A DNA stretch of 32,755 nucleotides from NCBI GenBank assembly GCA_043805855.1, contig JAZDHP010000035.1:1-32755 (forward strand). The letters run 5' to 3'. This document shows, piece by piece, positions 9,649 to 17,717 of this stretch. Numbering within the stretch: the stretch's first letter is position 1; each line of letters begins with the position of its first letter. The notes below the pieces were generated by a model, which saw only the letters and a program-made list of their open reading frames with translations, was not told where the DNA came from and made no database searches. This DNA is from Candidatus Micrarchaeota archaeon. Its GTDB lineage: Archaea; Micrarchaeota; Micrarchaeia; Norongarragalinales; UBA8480. Made by a program: the position numbers and the translations under genes.

Positions 9649-10578
9649 TTAGATTGAATCAATTGCCTTTTTGATAATTGCCGCGCTTTTCTTAAATGCT
9701 GTTTGTTCCTTTTTATCGAGTTTGGGAAATAGTTGTTTCTTTACCCCGCCTGTGCCGACAACGCACGGCACGCTTAGACAAATTCCGCTAACGCCGTAAT
9801 AGTTGTTAATGTGAGTTGAAACCGGCATAACGTCGCAGTGGTCGTTTAACACTGCTTGCACTAAATCCGAGACAACCAGTCCAATTGCGTAGTAAGTTGC
9901 TCCCTTGCGCGAAATAATTTCACTCGCGGCGTTGTTAGTTTGTTTAAAAGCAGCTTCCGCTTTCTTTTCATTAAAACGCGGGTAATCTTTCAATGGAATT
10001 TCGCCTATTGCTGCGTTGCTCCACATTGGGAACTCGCTGTCGCCATGTTCTCCTAAGATGTAGGCGTCGACGCTGCATGGGTTTACGCTCAACGCTTGGC
10101 CGAGGAAATGTTTAAGCCGTGCAGTATCAAGCGCTGTGCCGCTTCCGAAAACGCGATTGCGTGGAAACTTTGAATACTTAAGTGCCAAATGAGTCATTAC
10201 GTCAACTGGGTTTGTAACAATGAGAAGCACTGCGTTTGGGGCTGCTTTTGCAATTTGTGGAATTATTTTTTTGAAAATCGCGGCGTTTGTCTTCAGCAAA
10301 TCTAAACGTGTTTGTCCTGGCTTTTGATTTGCGCCTGCTGTTACAACGACGACGTCTGAGCCACGGCATAAATTGTAGTCGCTTCCATATTCAACTTTTC
10401 CGCCGCCTACAATTGCCAAGCCATCGGCCAAGTCCATAGCTTCTCCCTCGGCTTTTTCGCGATTAACGTCAATAAGTGCAATTTCATTCGCAACTTGTTT
10501 AATTAGCATAGCGTAAGCTGCAGTTGCACCGACAAAACCAGCTCCAACAATCGAAACTTTAAAACCACACTTGTTCAT
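9649..10578 (-). CDS. ldh: L-lactate dehydrogenase
   Basis: GAGFVG Rossmann motif; TAGANQKPGQTRLDL with Gln at the specificity position (Arg in MDH); VTNPVD, SGTALDTAR, GEHGDSE, KGATYYAIG. Start ATG at 10578 lies 23 nt after a TTTTTTAA box (10601-10608, minus). Confidence 0.88.
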   Translation of the reverse strand: MNKCGFKVSIVGAGFVGATAAYAMLIKQVANEIALIDVNREKAEGEAMDLADGLAIVGGGKVEYGSDYNLCRGSDVVVVTAGANQKPGQTRLDLLKTNAAIFKKIIPQIAKAAPNAVLLIVTNPVDVMTHLALKYSKFPRNRVFGSGTALDTARLKHFLGQALSVNPCSVDAYILGEHGDSEFPMWSNAAIGEIPLKDYPRFNEKKAEAAFKQTNNAASEIISRKGATYYAIGLVVSDLVQAVLNDHCDVMPVSTHINNYYGVSGICLSVPCVVGTGGVKKQLFPKLDKKEQTAFKKSAAIIKKAIDSI

Positions 10579-10627
10579 ACAATACAAAAAGGTTTTGTAG
10601 TTAAAAAAAGTAACTAATGTGCCGCTA

Positions 10628-10663
10628 GTATTATAAAAATACCCAACAGTATGTTTTTAATAC
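10628..10663. promoter_or_regulatory. Two tandem GTAT-N7-ATAC palindromic boxes overlapping TATA-like elements; candidate operator of the HxlR regulator
   Basis: GTAT-TATAAAA-ATAC (10628-10642) and GTAT-GTTTTTA-ATAC (10649-10663), 21 bp apart. Confidence 0.6.
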
Positions 10664-10698
10664 CCTTTTTGTCTATTTGTTGCTAGGGTGTTTGTTTA

Positions 10699-10983
10699 AT
10701 GTCTTCAATAGTTTCTAGTGGGCACAATTGTCCGTTTTTCAAGTGGCTTTCTATTTTTGAAAAAAAGTGGAACACGCGCATAGTTCACACGCTTTTTGAC
10801 AAGGAAATGGGCTTCAATGAATTGAAAGGTAATTTAAAGGGAATAACGCAAGGCGTGTTATCGCAACGCCTACGTGAACTTCAGAAAATGGGAGTTATTG
10901 AGAAGAAAACAGTTCAGCGTAAGCCAATTGTTGTACGCTATGCTGTGACTGAACGTTTTAAGCACTGTGCAAAGTGCTGGTGA
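10699..10983 (+). CDS. HxlR/DUF24-family winged-helix transcriptional regulator with C-terminal CxxC
   Basis: CP...KKWNTRIV...GFNELKGNLKGITQGVLSQRLRELQKMGVIEK...PIVVRYAVT; ends HCAKCW. Confidence 0.88.
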   Translation: MSSIVSSGHNCPFFKWLSIFEKKWNTRIVHTLFDKEMGFNELKGNLKGITQGVLSQRLRELQKMGVIEKKTVQRKPIVVRYAVTERFKHCAKCW

Positions 10984-10994
10984 AATAAAAACAA

Positions 10995-11720
10995 ATGCTA
11001 GTTGTTGAAAATTTACATGTTGAGGTTAAAGGTAAAGTCGTGCTCAACGGAGTTAATATGAAAATTCCAGACGGCGAAACGCACGTTTTACTCGGTCCAA
11101 ATGGAAGTGGTAAAAGTTCACTCGCAGCTGTGCTAATGGGTAACCTGAAGTATAAAGTTGTAAGGGGAAAAATTAGTTTTCAAGAAAAGAATTTGCTTAA
11201 ACTTTCTCCTGAAGAGCGCGCGAAGCTTGGTTTATTCCTAGCGTTTCAAAACCCCGTTGAAATTCCAGGAATTAACATTTTCAATTTTCTTTATCATTCT
11301 TGCAAGGCACGCGGTGCTAGTCATAGCTCAATTTTTGAATTTAAGAAAAAAGCCGACGAAGCAGCGAGGGTACTTGGTTTGTCAAGTGAATTTCTTAACC
11401 GTGATTTAAACGTTGGATTTTCAGGAGGCGAAAAGAAACGCATTGAGGCATTGCAGTTGCTTCTCGCGCAGCCAAAACTTGCAATTATTGATGAAATTGA
11501 TTCTGGGCTAGATGTTGACGGGTTAAAAGCAGTTGCAATTGCACTTCGCTCACTGGAAAACCATGAGTTTTCCTCTTTAATTATCACGCATCACGCGAAG
11601 TTATTGCATTTTCTTAAACCAGACAAAGTGCACGTTTTGAAAAATGGAGTAATCGTAAAAACCGGCGGGCAAGAACTGATTAGCTATGTTGAAAAAAATG
11701 GCTATGGTGAATTGCAATGA
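10995..11720 (+). CDS. sufC: Fe-S cluster assembly ATPase SufC
   Basis: GPNGSGKS, FLAFQNPVEIPG, RDLNVGFSGGEKKR, DEIDSGLDVD, IITH. Confidence 0.96.
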   Translation: MLVVENLHVEVKGKVVLNGVNMKIPDGETHVLLGPNGSGKSSLAAVLMGNLKYKVVRGKISFQEKNLLKLSPEERAKLGLFLAFQNPVEIPGINIFNFLYHSCKARGASHSSIFEFKKKADEAARVLGLSSEFLNRDLNVGFSGGEKKRIEALQLLLAQPKLAIIDEIDSGLDVDGLKAVAIALRSLENHEFSSLIITHHAKLLHFLKPDKVHVLKNGVIVKTGGQELISYVEKNGYGELQ

Positions 11721-13063
11721 AAACAAACAAACAATTCACAGGACAGCGCAACTTAGTGCAAATTGTAACTCGCGTTTCTAAATTGAAAAAAGAATCAGCG
11801 TGGATGTTGCAAAAGAGATTGCAGGCGCTCGAGTGGTTTGATAAAATACCTTTTCCAAAGTGGGGGCCGAATTTAAGTGAAATTAATTTTAAAGATTTGA
11901 GTTATTATGCTCGGCCGGAGAAAGAAACGCAAAAAAAGTGGAGCGACGTTCCTGTTACAATTCGCAAAACTTTTGAACAACTTGGAATTCCGCAAGCAGA
12001 GCGAGAAGCGCTTGCCGGCGTCGGCGCGCAGTTTGAAAGTGAATCAGTTTACCATAATCTAAAAACTGAGTTGGAAGTGCAGGGCGTTATTTTCCTGCCA
12101 ATGGAAGAAGCGGTGAAAAAACATCCTGCTTTAGTAAAGAAGTATTTTGGAACAATTGTGCCCGCGAGTGACAACAAGTTTGCTGCATTGAACACAGCGT
12201 TGTGGAGCGGAGGGAGTTTTATTTACATTCCAAAAAACGTAAACGTCGAGATACCGCTGCAAGCGTATTTCAGAATTAACTCTAAGAACTTCGGGCAGTT
12301 TGAACGAACACTGATAATTGCTGATGAAGGTTCGCAGGTTAATTATCTCGAAGGGTGCAGCGCACCACTATATTCGATAGATTCTCTCCACGCTGCTGTT
12401 GTAGAAATAGTTGCGTTGAAAAATAGCCGAGTTAAATATTCAACTGTTCAGAATTGGTCGCAGAACGTTTACAATTTGGTTACAAAGCGTTGCCACGCTT
12501 ATGAAAATGCAGTTGTAGAGTGGATCGACGCTAATTTTGGGAGTAAAATTTCAATGAAATACCCCGCGGTTTACCTCCTCGGTAAAAATAGCCGCGCTGA
12601 TTTGCTTTCACTCGCGTTTGCCAACGGTAAACAAGTGCAAGACACTGGTGGAAAAGTTTTTCACATTGCTCCCGACACGCATTCGCGTATTATTTCCAAA
12701 TCAGTTTCCAAAAACGGCGGTTATTGTATTTACCGGGGGTTAGCGCATATTGCAAAGGGAGCAGTTGGTGCGGTTTCAAGTGTAAAGTGTGACGCGCTGT
12801 TGCTTGACAAGAAATCACGCAGCGATACGTTTCCATCGATGAAAGTTGACGAGGAAGATGCAGCTGCTTCGCATGAGGCGTACACTGGAAAAATCAGCGA
12901 AGAACAGTTGTTTTACCTGCGCTCGCGCGGTTTCAGTGAAGAGGAAGCAACGGCGTTGATTGTGCTTGGGTTTGTTTCCGACGTTTCGCGCCAACTTCCG
13001 GCTGAATATGCAATTGAGTTGAATAATTTAATCCAGTTACAAACAACTGGTAAAATTAAGTGA
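11717..13063 (+). CDS. sufB: Fe-S cluster assembly protein SufB
   Basis: LGIPQAER..LAGVGAQFESE, DNKFAALNTALWSGGSFIY, PLQAYFRIN, GQFERTLII, YLEGCSAP, TVQNW, CDALL, HEA. Confidence 0.96.
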   Translation: MKTNKQFTGQRNLVQIVTRVSKLKKESAWMLQKRLQALEWFDKIPFPKWGPNLSEINFKDLSYYARPEKETQKKWSDVPVTIRKTFEQLGIPQAEREALAGVGAQFESESVYHNLKTELEVQGVIFLPMEEAVKKHPALVKKYFGTIVPASDNKFAALNTALWSGGSFIYIPKNVNVEIPLQAYFRINSKNFGQFERTLIIADEGSQVNYLEGCSAPLYSIDSLHAAVVEIVALKNSRVKYSTVQNWSQNVYNLVTKRCHAYENAVVEWIDANFGSKISMKYPAVYLLGKNSRADLLSLAFANGKQVQDTGGKVFHIAPDTHSRIISKSVSKNGGYCIYRGLAHIAKGAVGAVSSVKCDALLLDKKSRSDTFPSMKVDEEDAAASHEAYTGKISEEQLFYLRSRGFSEEEATALIVLGFVSDVSRQLPAEYAIELNNLIQLQTTGKIK

Positions 13064-13106
13064 AATAATTTGTAAAATAAGTGACGAAAAATTAAGTGAA
13101 ATAATT
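13052..13106. repeat. 19-bp perfect direct repeat (AAAATTAAGTGAAATAATT x2) with a partial third copy between them
   Basis: Copies at 13052-13070 and 13088-13106; partial AAAATAAGTGA at 13074-13084. Confidence 0.85.
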
Positions 13107-13109
13107 AAA

Positions 13110-14312
13110 ATGAACAAAAGAGATTTTCCAATTTTCAAAAAGAAAATAAACGGCAAGCCGCTTGTTTATTTAGACAGCGCGAGCACAACGCAAAAACCTA
13201 CGGCGGTTATTGAAAGCGAAAAAGATTTTTACGAGCAACACAACGCCAACGTTCACCGGAGCGTTAACTCATTAAGCCAAGAGGCAACTGAGCTCTATGA
13301 GGGTGCCCGGGAAAAAGTTGCAAATTTTGTCGGTGCGCAACGTGAAGAAATTATTTTCACGCGCAACGCAACTGAATCGATTAATTTAGTTGCGCGTACT
13401 TTTGGTTCACAAAAAGTAAAGCGCGGCGGCACTATTCTCCTTACAGAAATGGAACACCATAGTAATATCGTGCCGTGGCAGTTGTTGGCGAAAGAAAAAG
13501 GCGCGAAGGTGGAATTTGTGCCAATCACTGTTAGCGGACAACTTGATTTAGAAGAAATGGAAGTACAGCTTGCGCGGCGGCCGGCGCTGTTTGCGTTTAC
13601 TCACGTTTCCAACGTTTTGGGAACAGTTAATCCAGTTGAAAAAATTGTGAAAATTGCGCGAAAATACCGTGTGCCGGTTGTTCTCGACGCATGTCAAAGT
13701 GTAGGGCACTTTCCAATTAATGTTAAAAAGTTGGGGGTTGACTTCGCCGCGTTTTCTGGCCATAAGTTATTCGCGCCAACTGGAATTGGGTTCCTCTATG
13801 GAAAAAAGAAACTTCTTGACGAAATGCCTCCGTTTCTCACTGGCGGGGACATGATTAAAACCGTTTCAAAAACTACATCAACGTGGAATGACGTGCCGTG
13901 GAAATTCGAAGCTGGAACGCCGAATATTGCGGGGGCAGTTGCACTCGGCGCTGCGGTTGATTATTTGAATCACGTCGGAATGAACAAAATTCACTCTTAC
14001 AATTCAAAACTAGTAAACTACTGCGTTGCTGAATTGCAAAAGCTGGGCTTTGTTAAGGTTTATCCGCCGTTGAAAAATAAATACGGGGCAGTTGCGTTTA
14101 ACGTTAACGACGTTCACCCGCACGATGTTAGTACTGTGCTTGACGGTGAGGGAGTTGAGATTCGTGCTGGTCACCATTGTTGCCAGCCGTTGATGAAAGT
14201 GCTCGGCGTTGAGTCAACTTGCCGTGCGTCTTTCCAGTTTTACAACGACGAACGAGATGTCGATGCGTTTGTGAATGGATTAAAAAAGTGCAAGAAGGTG
14301 TTTAGCGTTTAA
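13110..14312 (+). CDS. sufS: Cysteine desulfurase SufS (group II)
   Basis: VYLDSASTTQKP, MEHHSN.VPW, FSGHK (PLP lysine), FEAGTPN, RAGHHC (catalytic Cys). Confidence 0.96.
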   Translation: MNKRDFPIFKKKINGKPLVYLDSASTTQKPTAVIESEKDFYEQHNANVHRSVNSLSQEATELYEGAREKVANFVGAQREEIIFTRNATESINLVARTFGSQKVKRGGTILLTEMEHHSNIVPWQLLAKEKGAKVEFVPITVSGQLDLEEMEVQLARRPALFAFTHVSNVLGTVNPVEKIVKIARKYRVPVVLDACQSVGHFPINVKKLGVDFAAFSGHKLFAPTGIGFLYGKKKLLDEMPPFLTGGDMIKTVSKTTSTWNDVPWKFEAGTPNIAGAVALGAAVDYLNHVGMNKIHSYNSKLVNYCVAELQKLGFVKVYPPLKNKYGAVAFNVNDVHPHDVSTVLDGEGVEIRAGHHCCQPLMKVLGVESTCRASFQFYNDERDVDAFVNGLKKCKKVFSV

Positions 14313-14674
14313 TGAACGAACTTTACTCTGAATTGCTTCTTGAATATTATCGCAGTCCGCCGAACAAGGGAAAAATTGTGAAGCCAACGTTATGCGCGAG
14401 AGATGTTAATGTTTCTTGCGGTGACGAAATTCAAGTACAGTTGAAAATCTCCGACGGTAAAATTGTTGATGCAAAATTTACTGGTAAAGGCTGTGTAGTT
14501 AGCCAAGCTGCTGTAGCGATGTTGTTGGAAAACGTGAAAGGAAAAACCCTTGCCGAAGTTGCAAAGATGAAAAATGAAGATGCGCTTGCGTTGCTTGGGA
14601 TTAAACTAACTCCAATGCGTCTCAATTGTGCGTTGCTTGGGTTTAATGTTTTGAAAAAGGCGCTAGCAAAGTAA
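14312..14674 (+). CDS. sufU: SufU/IscU-type scaffold or sulfur-transfer protein
   Basis: LY..LLLEYY..P.N.G, NVSCGDEI, GKGCVVSQAA, RLNCALL (three conserved Cys). Confidence 0.9.
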   Translation: MNELYSELLLEYYRSPPNKGKIVKPTLCARDVNVSCGDEIQVQLKISDGKIVDAKFTGKGCVVSQAAVAMLLENVKGKTLAEVAKMKNEDALALLGIKLTPMRLNCALLGFNVLKKALAK

Positions 14675-14677
14675 ATG

Positions 14678-15340
14678 TTAGTTTGTTTCTATTGTAAAGT
14701 AGCCATTAGTTTCTTTTGAAATTTCTTTTGTTATGCCGGCGTCTTTACAAGCGGCTATTAAGTCTCTATGCGCTTGTGACATTTTACTTTGGTTTCGTTG
14801 CTTGTGCGGGTAAATCGCCTCGCAATTTACTAGTACGGGTAGTTTGTGTTCCTTTGCTAGTTTCAAAGCTTGGGCAAACGCATGTCTGCGCCACCCGCCG
14901 TACTGTTCTGCTAATCGCCTTTTCACGTAGTTTGGTTCATTTCCCGTGACGAAGTGCGCCTGCGCGTAGCTTATTGTAATTGAGTTTCTCAAGCGCGGCA
15001 GTAGAATTTGTACTGTTCCAACTGCGCCAGGATGTTCCATTGCCGGGCCGCCAACATCAATACTGAAAGCCGCGTTTTTAAATTGCGCAACGTGTTCCGG
15101 CCTAGGGTAAACTGTAAAGTGCGCCCAAGCCATTCTAGGATTTTCAAGATGACTGGGCGGTAATGTTAGTGTTTTCCTGATTTTTTCAAGCGAAGGCATT
15201 AGCAACACGCCTCGCCGTAGTTTAATCGCGCTGTGTCTAGCAAAGTGCTGCACTTCTCCAACGTTAGGGTGAGCCCAAGCTAACTCTGCAATTTTCATCT
15301 CTTCAGTTTTCTCTTCTTGTTTAATTTCTTCGCTTGGCAT
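14678..15340 (-). CDS. Hypothetical protein (orphan)
   Basis: Long ORF filling the gap between sufU and the endonuclease IV gene; ATG (MPSEE) at 15340 downstream of a TTTTTATA element at about 15379-15386; no recognised motif. Confidence 0.65.
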   Translation of the reverse strand: MPSEEIKQEEKTEEMKIAELAWAHPNVGEVQHFARHSAIKLRRGVLLMPSLEKIRKTLTLPPSHLENPRMAWAHFTVYPRPEHVAQFKNAAFSIDVGGPAMEHPGAVGTVQILLPRLRNSITISYAQAHFVTGNEPNYVKRRLAEQYGGWRRHAFAQALKLAKEHKLPVLVNCEAIYPHKQRNQSKMSQAHRDLIAACKDAGITKEISKETNGYFTIETN

Positions 15341-15407
15341 ATGTTTTGCTTTGCCTTTGCTAACGTAAGCCACAGGAATATAAAAAAACGTTTGCTAATA
15401 GTTGTGT

Positions 15408-16241
15408 ATGGAAAAGCTTCACTTTGGAACAGCTGGAATTCCTTTATCTGCAGTACCTTATTCAACTGAAAATGGAATTGCTAGAATTGCCGAGCTTGGG
15501 CTAAGTGCAATGGAGATGGAATTCGTGCACAATGTTAACGTTTCTGATGAAAAAGCGCCACAAATAAGGCAAATTGCTCGCGGCGCAAATGTATTGCTAA
15601 CGTGCCATGCTTCTTTTTTCATTAATTTAAACGCAGTTGAAAAGGCAAAAGTTGAAGCTAGTAAAAAGAGGATTCTCCATGCGGCGCGCACGCTAAATCA
15701 ATGTGGTGGTTGGAGTGTTTGCGTTCATCCTGGTTTTTATTTGAAAAGCACTAAAGAAGAAGCGTATCGCAACGTGAAAAAAGCTCTCGCTGACGTTGTA
15801 CAAATTGTGAAAGACAGCGGGAACAAAGTTTGGATTCGGCCAGAGACAACCGGAAGGCACTCGCAAGTTGGAAACCTAGGCGAAGTTCTGCAATTGTGCA
15901 GCGAAGTTGACCAATGTTTACCGTGTATTGACTTCTCTCACATACGTGCTTATACTCTTGGCAAAATTAACTCGTACGAAGAATACGTGAGTGTTTTGGA
16001 AAAAGTTGAAAAGCAACTTGGCAAAAACGCGTTGCGCAACGTGCATTTGCACTGTCAGGGAATCGCTTGGGGGCCTAAGGGAGAACGCCATCACTTGAAA
16101 ATTAGCCATGATCCGCAGTGGAAGTACGGCGATTTAATGAAAGCGTTGAAAGATTTCAAATGCAGCGGCGTAGTAGTTTGCGAGTCGCCTAACTTGGAAA
16201 CCGACGCGTTAATATTAAAGAAAACGTACGAAAAATTATGA
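15408..16241 (+). CDS. nfo: Endonuclease IV-like (AP endonuclease family 2, archaeal TIM barrel)
   Basis: FGTAGIP, HASFFINLN, HPGFY, ETTG, CIDFSH, HLH, GERHH, ESP metal-binding motifs. Confidence 0.9.
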   Translation: MEKLHFGTAGIPLSAVPYSTENGIARIAELGLSAMEMEFVHNVNVSDEKAPQIRQIARGANVLLTCHASFFINLNAVEKAKVEASKKRILHAARTLNQCGGWSVCVHPGFYLKSTKEEAYRNVKKALADVVQIVKDSGNKVWIRPETTGRHSQVGNLGEVLQLCSEVDQCLPCIDFSHIRAYTLGKINSYEEYVSVLEKVEKQLGKNALRNVHLHCQGIAWGPKGERHHLKISHDPQWKYGDLMKALKDFKCSGVVVCESPNLETDALILKKTYEKL

Positions 16242-16894
16242 ACGAAATTGAAACGCAAAAAATAATTACTAATGCCGTTGAATTTGTAAAAGGTAAATTA
16301 AGTGACGAATCAGGCCACGATTGGACTCATGTTGAACGTGTTTGGCACGTTGCGATAACTATTGCAAAGGAAGAAAAAGCCGATTTATTCATAACGCAGC
16401 TCGGGGCGTTGCTTCACGATGTTGCCGACTGGAAGTTCCACGGCCACGATTTTACAGTTGGGCCGAAAGTTACGCGCGAGTGGCTTTCAAGCCAAAACGT
16501 TGAAGCAGCTACGATTGACGCGGTTTGTCACATTGTTGAAAACGTGAGTTTCAAAGGCGCGGGCGAAGCGAATAAAATGAAATCCCTCGAAGGAAAAATT
16601 GTCCAAGACGCTGACCGTATTGACGCAATTGGCGCAATGGGAATCGCGCGTTGTTTTTCCTACGGTGGAAAAACCAACCGGCCGTTTCACGACGCAAGTG
16701 AAAAGCCAATAATCGGCGACTTTTCCACTTATCGCAACGCTGGCAAGACAACGATTAATCATTTCTACGAAAAACTCCTCTTGCTAAAAGATATGATGAA
16801 CACCGTGGCTGGAAGGAAAATGGCAGAGCATCGTCACAAGGTTATGGAGCAATATCTGGAAGAGTTTTACGACGAGTGGGAAGGTAAAAAGTAG
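16238..16894 (+). CDS. HD-domain phosphohydrolase (YedJ-like)
   Basis: GHDWTHVERV, LLHDVAD, VQDADRIDAIGA, TTINHFYEKLL. Confidence 0.92.
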   Translation: MNEIETQKIITNAVEFVKGKLSDESGHDWTHVERVWHVAITIAKEEKADLFITQLGALLHDVADWKFHGHDFTVGPKVTREWLSSQNVEAATIDAVCHIVENVSFKGAGEANKMKSLEGKIVQDADRIDAIGAMGIARCFSYGGKTNRPFHDASEKPIIGDFSTYRNAGKTTINHFYEKLLLLKDMMNTVAGRKMAEHRHKVMEQYLEEFYDEWEGKK

Positions 16895-16900
16895 AGTTTA

Positions 16901-17320
16901 CTAAAAAGGGTTTATTACTTTTAGCCATTTTATATTTTTAAAGTCTTTTTCGTTTTCAGTCACTATTGTTGAAACGCCAGCTTTTTCCATTGTTGCAACT
17001 AGTAAAGCATCGAAAAAAGGAACGTCATACTCTCCTTTAATTTGGCAAGCACGTAGCACCTCTTGTTCTGAATAATTTAAAACTGGAACCATTCCAGCTA
17101 AGTTTTCAACAAAATTAATTGCTTTGCTTAGTTCAACATTAACCTTTTTTCCAGTTACAACGAAAACAAATTCAGCTAAATTTTGTGAACTGACAATGCA
17201 ATTTTCAGCATCGCAATAAGTTTTCAATAATTTAATTGCCTTCTCGCGCTTTTCAGAGTCATTGTCAAAAGCGTATACTAATACATTAGTGTCAATCAAA
17301 GTTCTTGAATCTAGATTCAT
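16901..17320 (-). CDS. vapC: PIN-domain ribonuclease toxin (VapC family)
   Basis: LIDTNVLVYA, SSQNLAEF, FFDALLVAT, IVTENEKDF, INPF. Confidence 0.92.
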   Translation of the reverse strand: MNLDSRTLIDTNVLVYAFDNDSEKREKAIKLLKTYCDAENCIVSSQNLAEFVFVVTGKKVNVELSKAINFVENLAGMVPVLNYSEQEVLRACQIKGEYDVPFFDALLVATMEKAGVSTIVTENEKDFKNIKWLKVINPF

Positions 17321-17570
17321 AAAGTTCACTCCTGTTTTCATATACTTTTTTGCCCTTTAGCCCGAGGTGAACGCCTTTGTCTAAAAGTGCAAAGAATTGC
17401 TTTTTACACTCTAGCTTGCGCGCTTCGCTTGAAACACTGTAAAAGCTTGAAATCGCTTCTGTAGCTGCTTCGCTAAGCGAACCTTTCTTGCCGCCGTATT
17501 TCTCCTTTGCTATTTCTCTTAGCATTTTTTCAGTTTCATCATTTAATGAAAGCAACACATCTGCCACCAT
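17292..17570 (-). CDS. vapB: Ribbon-helix-helix antitoxin (VapB-like)
   Basis: Small gene overlapping and upstream of vapC; VLLSLNDETEKMLRE...KKGSLSEAATEAI RHH-like pattern; C-terminal RSELYE. Confidence 0.75.
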   Translation of the reverse strand: MVADVLLSLNDETEKMLREIAKEKYGGKKGSLSEAATEAISSFYSVSSEARKLECKKQFFALLDKGVHLGLKGKKVYENRSELYESRFKNFD

Positions 17571-17590
17571 ACATCACAAACAAAAATAGA

Positions 17591-17612
17591 TAGATATCTA
17601 AATAAATATCTA
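17591..17612. promoter_or_regulatory. Palindromic operator candidate upstream of vapBC
   Basis: Perfect palindrome TAGATATCTA (17591-17600) plus a near copy TAAATATCTA (17603-17612), 21-42 nt upstream of the vapB ATG. Confidence 0.6.
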
Positions 17613-17717
17613 TGTTTTGGTTGTATTTTGGCTTATAATTGAAGGGAATATTAGTGCAATGCTTTGAAAAAGCAGACGAATAGAAGAGTTATTAAAATTT
17701 CAGTGATTAAAGTTTTT

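Noticed and set aside
9649..10578. Malate dehydrogenase annotation suggested by the malic enzyme neighbour
   Set aside because: The specificity loop has Gln (ANQKPG), not Arg, which favours LDH.
13052..13106. Mini-CRISPR interpretation of the 19-bp direct repeat
   Set aside because: Only two AT-rich copies, a 17-nt spacer that is itself a partial copy, and no cas genes.
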